Part shown: piece after piece, positions 38,661-47,327 of the stretch | Layout of the letters: each line of letters begins with the position of its first letter | Numbering within the stretch: position 1 is the first letter of the stretch | NCBI GenBank assembly: GCA_963733615.1 | Contig: CAVTEA010000016.1 | Coordinates: 10,186-74,185 of the forward strand | DNA from: an uncultured Actinomycetes bacterium | GTDB taxonomy: Bacteria; Actinomycetota; Actinomycetes; Mycobacteriales; Jatrophihabitantaceae | Direction of reading: 5' to 3' | Length of the DNA: 64,000 bases | Notes under the pieces: generated by a model | What the model was told of the DNA's origin: nothing | Seen by the model: only the letters and a program-made list of their open reading frames with translations | The model's database searches: none | Program-made: the position numbers and the translations under genes

Positions 38661-39674
38661 ATGCGAGCCGGCAGAACGATTCGGATAGGTGTCGCGCTGA
38701 TTGCGGCCGGCGTGCTGTTCGGCGTCGGAATGGACGCCGCGGTCGGCGACCCGCAGGGGAACCGGTCGCCCACGCTCGTCGCTGCGGCCGACCAGGCAAC
38801 CGGTCAGATCCTGCTGCTGGATCCGACCGTGCCCGATTGGAGCGCGGCCAACGACGCGACCGCGCTCAAGTGGGCCTGGCAACCCATCGAGGCCAATGGA
38901 TTCAGTGCCGCTGACCTGGCGAGCTGGGGACCGGCCTCGAGCGCGCGGCTGAGGCACAGTAACCAGCTGCACTCGGACGCCCTGCTTACCACGGCATCCA
39001 ATGGGTTCGTCGGGGTCGCGTCCTACCCGTCGGGTCAGCGCGTCTGGTCGACCGACGTGGGCGCACCACCGAACGCGCACTATGCCGAGCTGTTACCCAA
39101 CGGGAACGTCGCGATGGCGGCCACGACGCCCGGCTGGGTCCGGATCTACACCGCCCCGCAGGGCCCGAACTCGGCCAACTACGTTCAGTTCGACCTCGAC
39201 GCGGCGCACGCCGTGTTGTGGGATCCGAAGCTGGACGTGCTGTGGGCGGTCGGCCTGAACGACATCGTCGCGTTGAAGATCACCGGCCCGGCCGGTGACC
39301 CGAAGATCGAAGTCGTTCGGGACACGCTACTGCCCCAGGGCGGCGCACACGATGTCGAGCCGGTATATGGCAACACGGACCGGCTGTGGGTCTCGACCGG
39401 CAGCTTCGTGTACCAGTACCTCAAATCGTCTGACACGTGGTCGACGAGTTACCCGGCTGCGCGGTCGATCGACCGGCGAGGGGTGAAGAGCGTCGGCAAT
39501 GATCCGCAGACCGGTCAAGTGTTGGAGACGGTTCCGAGCGACCTCGCGAACCCGGGCAGCTGCGCCACCACGTGGTGTACCGCAACGGTCGACTTCTTCC
39601 TGCCGGACCAGACCCGAACGCGGCCCGACGCGCAGTTCTACCGCGTCGTGTGGTGGGTCGACCGGTACCAGTAG
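38661..39674 (+). CDS. Uncharacterised secreted protein, paralog B (with signal peptide)
   Basis: Signal-peptide-like N-terminus MRAGRTIRIGVALIAAGVLFGVGMDAAVG. The conserved blocks are AELLPNGNVAMAATTPGWVRIY, AHAVLWD, GGAHDVEPVY, VKSVGNDPQTGQVLETVP and FYRVVWW. Confidence 0.75.
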   Translation: MRAGRTIRIGVALIAAGVLFGVGMDAAVGDPQGNRSPTLVAAADQATGQILLLDPTVPDWSAANDATALKWAWQPIEANGFSAADLASWGPASSARLRHSNQLHSDALLTTASNGFVGVASYPSGQRVWSTDVGAPPNAHYAELLPNGNVAMAATTPGWVRIYTAPQGPNSANYVQFDLDAAHAVLWDPKLDVLWAVGLNDIVALKITGPAGDPKIEVVRDTLLPQGGAHDVEPVYGNTDRLWVSTGSFVYQYLKSSDTWSTSYPAARSIDRRGVKSVGNDPQTGQVLETVPSDLANPGSCATTWCTATVDFFLPDQTRTRPDAQFYRVVWWVDRYQ

Positions 39675-39699
39675 TCGAGAGGGCTGCGGCCGGGCGTGC

Positions 39700-40345
39700 C
39701 CCGGTCGCAGCCGAGAGGGGCGGCAACTGCTCAACACGCTGCTCATGGCGGTCGGGCGCACCGCCGGACAGCTCGTGTGCTGCTCGCTCGCCGCCTTCGT
39801 CTTTGCGCGACTCGAATTCCGGTTCAAGACCGCGCTATTCCTGCTGGTCATGTCGCTGACCATGGTCCCGGGGCAGCTGTTTCCTCGGGCCGCAGTACGA
39901 AATCATGGTGCATCTGGGCTGGACGAACACGCTGCGCGCGCTGATCCTGCCCGGCATGTTCAGCGCGCTGGGCATCTTCCTGCTCCGCCAGTTCTTCCTC
40001 GGCCTGCCGCGAGAGCTCGACGAGAGCGCGAAGCTCGACGGCTGCAACCCGTTACAGACCTACTGGTACGTGGCCCTGCCGCTGGCCCGGCCGGGCCTGA
40101 TCGCCCTCGGCATCATCACCATGGTGTGGTCGTGGAATGACTTCCTGTGGCCGCTGATCGTGAACACCGACCCGAACAAGATGACCGTCTCGGCCGGCCT
40201 CACCACGCTGCAGGGGCAGTACCAAACCAACTACCCCGTCCTGATGGCTGGTGGGCTGTTGGCCACCCTGCCGGTGATCGCCGTCTTCGCATTCCTGCAG
40301 CGGCAGTTCATCGAAGGGATCGCGACGACAGGCAACAAGGGATAA
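39700..40345 (+). pseudogene. Carbohydrate ABC transporter permease (MalG-like), N-terminally truncated with a frameshift near 39880
   Basis: LLNTLLMAVGRTAGQLVCCSLAAFVFARLEFRFKTALFLLVMSLTMVPGQL is read in one frame. YEIMVHLGWTNTLRALILPGMFSALGIFLLRQFFLGLPRELDESAKLDGC... is read in another (ORF 39905..40345). The first ~70 aa of the family are missing. Confidence 0.75.
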
Positions 40346-40483
40346 CCACGCACAGCGTCGCCGTCGGCTCTGGGTTCTACCGCGCGCCGGCCAGGTGAGC
40401 GGTCCGGCCTCTGGCGGTTGCCAGGCGCTCGCTCGGCGACGATGTCCTCCGAGGTTCGGGTGCCCCCGCACGCACGCTGCCGG

Positions 40484-41626
40484 CTATGTTCTGGCGCCGG
40501 TCTTGGTCCAGGCGCGGTCGGCGGTGAACGTCTCCAGTTCGGCGAGCGCCTCGGGCAGGTTCGCGCGGCCCAGGCCGACGCGGAAGAAGCCGCCAGGTGT
40601 GTCGAACAGGGTTCCGGGCACGAGCAGCACGCCGCGCTGCTCCAGCAACGAGCGGGTGAAGTCGCCGATCGGTATGGGCAAGCGCAGTTCGGGGAAGCAG
40701 ACGCTGCCGGCCTGCGGCTCCAGCCACCGGTAGACGTCCGGCCAGCGGGCGGCGAAATCGCGTACCAGCGCGGTGTTGGCAACGATCCGCTGCCGGCCGG
40801 CAGCGATGATCGGTTCGCTTGCTTGTACCGCGATCTTGGCCAGCACCTCGCTGGGGGCGCTGTTGCAGATCGTGGTGTAGTCCTTCGCGGCTACCAGGGC
40901 GCGGCAAAGCTGCCGGTCGCGGCATGCGATCCAGCCAAGGCGCAGCCCGGGCAGCCCATACGCTTTGGACAGCCCGGCCATGCTGATACCGCGTTCGTAC
41001 ATGTCGGCCGCGGGCGGCAGGCGATCGTCCGGGTCGTGTTCGAGGCCGCGGTAGACCTCGTCGCTGAGAAGGTAGGTGCCATTGCGTCTGGCCAGCTCGA
41101 CGATGTGCCGGAGCGCCTCGCGGGTGATCATTGCGCCCGTCGGGTTATGCGGAAAGTTGAGGTAGATCAACTTTGTCGTGGGACGCATCGCTGCGGCGAG
41201 CTCATCCACGTCCAAGGTCCACCGCGTCGACGCGTGCAGTGCCACGAGCGTGACCTCGGCTCCGATAGCGCGCGGGATCTCATAGGAGGATTGGTACGCC
41301 GGGGTCATCCCGATGAAGTGGTCACCGGGTTCCAGAATCGTGTTGGCGAGGTGGAAGATGGCCTCCTCAGGCGCGGCGAACACCACGACATCCTGTGGAT
41401 TCGCTGTCGAGTAGTGCGCCGCGACCGCCTCGCGCAGCGCGGGTGCGCCCTGCGAGTCGGTATAACCCAGCCGCAGCTCGTCCCAATCCTGCTGGGTGGC
41501 CGGGTCGGCGTACGCCAGCAGCTCGGCTACCGACATCGTCTCCGGGTCGCTGCTGCTCAACAGGAACCGAGCAGTGAACTCGTGTTCGCCGAAGTAACGC
41601 TCCAGCAGGAACTCACGAATGCGCAT
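40484..41626 (-). CDS. Class I/II PLP-dependent aminotransferase
   Basis: ATG at 41626 within chimeric track ORF 40484..42685. The start is MRIREFLLERYFGEHEF. The PLP-lysine context is SMAGLSKAYGLPGLRLGW, with NPTG upstream. Confidence 0.85.
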   Translation of the reverse strand: MRIREFLLERYFGEHEFTARFLLSSSDPETMSVAELLAYADPATQQDWDELRLGYTDSQGAPALREAVAAHYSTANPQDVVVFAAPEEAIFHLANTILEPGDHFIGMTPAYQSSYEIPRAIGAEVTLVALHASTRWTLDVDELAAAMRPTTKLIYLNFPHNPTGAMITREALRHIVELARRNGTYLLSDEVYRGLEHDPDDRLPPAADMYERGISMAGLSKAYGLPGLRLGWIACRDRQLCRALVAAKDYTTICNSAPSEVLAKIAVQASEPIIAAGRQRIVANTALVRDFAARWPDVYRWLEPQAGSVCFPELRLPIPIGDFTRSLLEQRGVLLVPGTLFDTPGGFFRVGLGRANLPEALAELETFTADRAWTKTGART

Positions 41627-42006
41627 AGCCGATCCTGCACCGGCCGAGCCAGCGCCAGCCAAGCGGGGTGCTGCCCGGGAACCTGCGAATCGCGTATTCG
41701 CAAGCAGTTGATCCTTGCTCCGTAGGTCCAGGTACGCCGGGATCGCCATCGGGCCTGGCAAGGGCCGTCGTGGTCGCGGTAGTCCCGGACGGAGCCCGGC
41801 GAGGGCGCGGCATCCAGATGCGGATGGCCCCTGGTTTGTCCTTACGCAGCAGGGTGAAACTCGACGTTCGGGTGCTCCGGCTCGGCCGGTCAGCGCCCGG
41901 ACGTGGGATGGGCGGGTCCGCTGGCTTCCGGCGTCTCGCGCATTGAAGAGCGCGCACTCTGTTCGTGGCCGGTCCCGTGGCCGCAGTTGCTTGATGGGGT
42001 GCCTGC

Positions 42007-43427
42007 TCAGACGCGTGCCAGCTGGTTCGGCGATCGGCGCAGGTAGACGAACCAGGTCAGCGCGAAGCACGCGGCATAGAATGCGATGAACGCGACGTAG
42101 GCGGCGTTGCCGTTGTGGTAGGTGAGGAACGACTGCCGGAACGCGATGTTGACGAGCACGCCGCCGAAGGCGCCGATCGCGCCGGCGATGCCGATGAGCG
42201 CGTTGGCGAGTCGGCGGGCTTCGCGCTCGGCCGTCGCGGCATCGGCGCCGGCCTCGACCTGCCGGTGGGCCTTGCTGCGGAAGATCGCCGGGATCATCTT
42301 GTACGTCGAGCCGTTGCCGATGCCGCTGAACACGAACAGCGCGATGAAGCCGACGAAGAACAGCACCAGCGACTTCTGCGTCGAGGCGATGAGCACGACA
42401 GCGGCGGACCCTGCCATGAGGACGAAGTTCCAGAACGTCGTCCGCGCGCCACCGATTCGGTCGGCCAGCCAGCCTCCCGCCGGCCGGATCAGCGAACCGA
42501 CCAGCGGGCCGAGGAAGGTCAGGTAGGCGACCTTGACGGGGTCGACGACGTGCTTGCCGCTCGCGTAGAAGTGGGCCGGGAACTGGTTCTGCAGCACCTG
42601 CCCGAACGCGAAGCCGAAGCCGATGAACGAGCCGAACGTGCCGATGTAGAGGAACGACATGACCCAGGTGTGCGGGTCGCGGCACACGTCGCGCATCGCC
42701 CGCTTGTCGTTGCTGACGTGGCGATGTTGTCCATGAACAGCGCGGCGCCGAGTGCGGCGACGACGATCAGCGGGATGTAGACGCCCAGCATCACCCGGGG
42801 GTGGCCCTTGCCGGCAGTGGCCAGCACCGCCAGGCCGACAGCTGCACCGCGGCGACGCCGAGGTTGCCGCCGCCGGCGTTGAGGCCCAGGGCCGCACCCT
42901 TGAGTCGCTGCGGGTAGAAGGAGTTGATGTTCGCCATGGACGAGGCGAAGTTGCCGCCGCCGACGCCGGCCAGCGCCGCGAGCGAACGAGCAGCGTGCCG
43001 AAGGAGACGCCCGGCTTCGAGGGCAACCGCGACGGCGATGCCGGGACGAGCAGCAGCAGCGCGCTGACGATCGTCCAGTTGCGGCCGCCGAACTTCGCGA
43101 CGGCGAACGTGTACGGCAGCCGCAGCGACGGATCCCAGCGCAGTCGGCAGCGTGGTCAGCAGGAACTTCTCCGCCGCGGCCTGCTTGGGGTCGGCGCTGA
43201 AGCCGTAGGCGGGCGTCAGGAACAGGACGAACACCGACCACAGGCTCCAGACCGAGAAGCCGATGTGCTCGGAGAAGATGCTGGACACGCAGGTTGCGGC
43301 GCGCGATTTCGGCGCCGGCGCGTTCCCAGAATGCCGGACTCTCCGGGTCCCAGATGTCGAGCCACCGGCCGCGCACGACGGGAGCCGGCGCGGCGCGCGT
43401 CGCCTGGGGGCTAACGGTCTCGGTCAT
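42007..43427 (-). pseudogene. narK: Nitrate/nitrite MFS transporter, with multiple frameshifts
   Basis: The protein is spread over three minus-strand frames (ORFs 42519..43427, 42791..43288, 42007..43026). Pieces include RWLDIWDPESPAFWERAG, SIFSEHIGFSVWSLWSVFVLFL, GGGNFASSMANINSFYPQRLKGAALGLNAGGGNLG and FLYIGTFGSFIGFGFAFGQVLQ...GNGSTYKMIPAIF. Confidence 0.8.
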
Positions 43428-43551
43428 GAGGCGGCCTCGCTGTTCGGGCCGCCGGGGTGCTCGGTCATGAGGCGGCCTCGCTGTTCGGGCCGCCGGGGTG
43501 CTCGGTCATGAGGCGGCCTCGCTGTTCGGGCCGCCGGGGTGCTCGGTCATG
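43420..43551 (-). repeat. 41-bp tandem repeat, 3 full copies plus a 9-10 nt partial copy, overlapping the narK start codon
   Basis: The unit on the minus strand is ATGACCGAGCACCCCGGCGGCCCGAACAGCGAGGCCGCCTC. Units start at 43542, 43501 and 43460, and the narK ATG is at 43427... The three copies are identical. Confidence 0.95.
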
Positions 43552-43770
43552 ACAGGTCCTTCCGCTCGGTCGTGGGCGACGCTAGGAACGGCACGTTTCG
43601 GCTGCGGGCGGGTTTCCGAGGCATCCGTGCAACGAATCCCGCACATGTCCTCGCAACTCGTGTGAGGACGCCCGGACCGCACACCCATCGGCGTGGTCGG
43701 AGAGGGCTCCGTAGCGAGGCGTTAACGTCGCTGACTCGGGCCCGGAACCATCGGTGCGGACGGTTGAGCG

Positions 43771-45853
43771 GTGCCCATCGCGACGCATTGCCCGTACTGC
43801 GCGCTGCAGTGCGGGATGGCGCTGCGCGTCGACGGCGGCGCTGTCACGGTCGAGGCGCGCGGGACTTCCCGACCAACCGCGGCGGCCTGTGCCAGAAGGG
43901 CTGGACGTCGGCCGAGCTGCTCGACTCCCCGGAGCGGCTGACGACGCCGCTGGTGCGGGCGCACGGGCGCGCCGCTCGTCCCGGCCAGCTGGGACGAGGC
44001 GCTGGACCGCGTCGCGGCGGAATCCGCGGCGGCGCAGACCGCGTACGGCGCCGACGCGGTCGCCGTCTTCGGCGGCGGCGGCCTGACCAACGAGAAGGCG
44101 TACGCGCTGGGCAAGTTCGCCCGGGTCGCGCTGCGCACGCCGAACATCGACTACAACGGCCGGTTCTGCATGTCCTCGGCGGCGGCGGCCGGTAATGCGC
44201 GCGTTCGGGGTCGACCGCGGGCTGCCGTTCCCGCTGTCGGACATCGCCCGCGGCGGACGCGATCCTGCTCGTCGGCAGCAACGCCGCCGAGACGATGCCG
44301 CCGTTCATGCGGTGGCTCGCCGAGCAGCGGGACGGCGGCGGCGCGCTGATCGTCGTCGACCCGCGGCGGACGCCGACCGCGCGGCACGGCCACGCTGCAC
44401 CTGCAGCCGACGCCCGGCACCGACCTCGCGCTGGCCAACGGCCTGCTGCACCTCGCGATCACGACCGGCCGGGTCGACGAGGCCTACATCGCGGCCGCGG
44501 ACGACGCGGCTTCGACGAGGTCCGCCACGCGGTCGCCGGGTACTGGCCGGAGCGGGTCGAGCGCGATCACCGGCGTGACCGTCGCCGAGCAGCACGCCGC
44601 CGTCGAGCTGCTGACGACGCGCGAACGCGCGATGGTGCTGACCGCGCGCGGCGCCGAGCAGCACGCGAAGGGCGACCGACACGGTGTCCGCGCTGATCAA
44701 CCTCGCGCTCGCGCTCGGCCTGCCGGGCCGGCCGAGCAGCGGCTACGGCTGCCTCACCGGCCAGGGCAACGGGCAGGGCGGGCGCGAGCACGGGCAGAAG
44801 GCCGACCAGCTGCCCGGCTATCGCGCGCATCGACGACCCGGCGGCGCGCGCGCACGTCGCCGCCGTCTGGGGCGTCGACGCCGGCCGGCCTGCCCGGGCC
44901 CGGGCCGCTCGGCGTACGAACTGCTCGATCGCGCTCGGGTACGCCCGACGGCCCGCGCGCGCTGCTGGTGATCGGCAGCAACGTCGCGGTGTCGGCGCCG
45001 TCGAGCCGGCCGGATCCGCGAACGGCTGGCCGCACTGGACTTTCTCGTGGTGTGCGACATCGTGCTGTCCGAGACGGCGGCGCTGGCCGACGTCGTGCTG
45101 CCGGTCGCGCAGTGGGCCGAGGAGAACGGCACGATGACCAACCTCGAGGGCCGGGTGCTGCTGCGGCGACGCGCCGTCGCGCCGCCGCCGGGGGTGCGCA
45201 CCGACCTGGACGTGATCAGCCGAGCTGGCCGACGGCTCGGCGCGCCGGGCGAGTGGCCAGCCGAGCCGGCGGCAGGTGTTCGACGAGCTGCGCCGCGCCA
45301 GCGCCGGCGGCCCCGCCGACTACGCCGGCATCAGCTACGAGCGGATCGCCGCCGAGGACGGCGTGTTCTGGCCGTGCCCGAGCGCCGACCATCCCGGCAC
45401 GCCGCGGCTGTTCGCCGACCGGTTCGCGACGCCGGACGGGCGGGCCCGGTTCGTCGCGGTCGAGCACCGCGCCGGCCGCCGAGGACATCGACGCCGCGTA
45501 CCCCGTCTACCTCACCACCGGCCGGGTGCTGCAGCAGTACCAGAGCGGCGCGCAGACCCGCCGGATCGAGCGCTGCGCAGCCGCAGCCCGAACCGTTCGT
45601 CGAGATGCACCCGGACCTCGCCGACCGCGCACGGCGTCGAGCGACGGCGACCTGGTGCGCGTGGTGAGCCGCCGCGGCGCGGCGGAGGGCCCGGCGCGGA
45701 TCACCGACACGATCCGCGCCGACACGGTGTTCATGCCGTTCCACTGGGGCGGCGCCGGCTCGCGCCAACCTGGTCACCAACCCCGCCCTGGACCCGATCT
45801 CGCGCATGCCCGAGTTCAAGGTGTGCGCCGTCCGGCTGGAGGCCGTCGCATGA
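43771..45853 (+). pseudogene. Assimilatory nitrate reductase catalytic subunit (molybdopterin oxidoreductase, NasA/NasC/NarB type), heavily frameshifted
   Basis: Family peptides are recovered only by hopping frames: [152 protein letters not shown] and FMPFHWGG. Confidence 0.8.
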
Positions 45854-47287
45854 CGTCGTCCGTTGTCGGCAACGGCATGGCGGGCGCCCGCTTGGTGCAG
45901 GAGCTGCGCGGCGCGGGACGGCGACCGCGCCGAGATCACCGTCGATCGGCGCCGAGCCGGCGGCGCGTACAACCGGATGCTGCTGTCGCAACGTGCTGGC
46001 CGGCACAGCCCGAGCGCGACGACATCGAGCTGGCCAGCGAGGACTGGTACGCGCGCCACGACGTGACGCTGCTGGCCGGCGTCCGCGGCCATCAGCGATC
46101 GACCGCGCGGCGCGCACGGTGCCGTACTCGACGACGGCCGCGACGTCGCCGTACAGACGTGCTCGTGCTCGCCACCGGCAGCACGCGCGGTCGCTGCCGC
46201 CGATCGCGGGGCTGTCGACGACGGGCGGCGCGCACGTCGCAGTCCTTCCGCACCCTGGACGACTGCGCGGCCATCGTCGAGCGCGCGGCGTGCGCCGCCC
46301 GCGCGGTGGTGCTCGGCGGCGGGCTGCTCGGCCTCGAGGCGGCCCGCGGGCTGGCCGGCCGCGGGCTTGCCGGTGACCGTGGTGCAGCGCGGCCGGCAGC
46401 TGATGGAGCGCCAGCTCGACGCGGGCGCCGGCGAGTGCTCGAGCCGCACCCTGCGCGAGCTCGGCGTCGAGGTGCTGACCGGCGTCGTCGCACGACGGCG
46501 GTGCGGTCGAGACCGGCGTGGCGCCTGGACGACGGCCGGCACGTGGCCGGCGACTGCTGGTGCTGTGCCTGCGGGGTGCGCCCCGACGTCGACCTCGCCC
46601 GCGACGCCGGGCTCGCCGTCGACCGCGGCGTCGTCGTCGACGACCAGCTGCGCAGCGTCAGCGACCCGGCGCATCTATCGCGATCGGCGAGTGCGCCGAG
46701 CACGCGGGCAGGTGTACGGGCTGGTCGCCCCGGCCTGGGAGCAGGCCCGTGTCGCCGGCCGACGTGCATCACCGGCCGTAGCCGCCGGCGCTACGCGGAC
46801 TCGGCATCGGTCACCCGGCTCAAGGCGACCGGCATCGAGCTGGCCGCCATGGGCGAGACGGACGCCGCCGACGCCGACGACTGTAGAAATCGTGACCTTC
46901 GTCGACGCCGCGCGCGGCATCTACCAGAAGCTGGTGCGTCCGCGACGAGCGGCTGGTCGGGGCGATCCTGCTCGGCGACACCCGCGCCGCCGGCACGGTC
47001 ACCCAGCTCTTCGACCGCGGCGCGTCGCTGCCCGGCGACCGGGCCGCGCTGCTGCTCGGCCGGCGCGACAGCGCCGCGGCCGAGCGCCGAGTCGCCCGAC
47101 CGCGCATCCCGGACGGGCGACCGTCTGCCAGTGCAACGGCGTGACGAAGGCGCGATCTGCGCCGCCTGGCAGGCCGGCGCCCGCGACGTCGCCGGCGTCG
47201 CCGAGCGCGACCCGCGCGACCACCGGCTGCGGCACCTGCCGCGACGCGGTCGGCGGCATCTGCTCGACTGGCTCGCGCGCGCGCTGA
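45850..47287 (+). pseudogene. NirB-like FAD/NAD(P)H pyridine-nucleotide-disulfide oxidoreductase with a BFD-like [2Fe-2S] tail, heavily frameshifted
   Basis: The ATG at 45850 overlaps the upstream stop (ATGA). Pieces in several frames are [75 protein letters not shown] and TTGCGTCRDAV. Confidence 0.65.
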
Positions 47288-47327
47288 TCCGCGCCGCGAT
47301 GAGCCCGCGTTGCCGAGGCCTGCCTGA

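Noticed and set aside
40484-42685. 733-aa minus-strand ORF
   Set aside because: It is a chimera. The N-terminal ~350 aa are an out-of-frame reading of the narK pseudogene and intergenic DNA. The aminotransferase starts at the internal ATG at 41626.
43420-43551. Could the 41-bp repeats be a small CRISPR array?
   Set aside because: The units are directly adjacent with no spacers. There are no cas genes in the window, and the repeat contains the narK start codon. It is a tandem repeat, not a CRISPR array.
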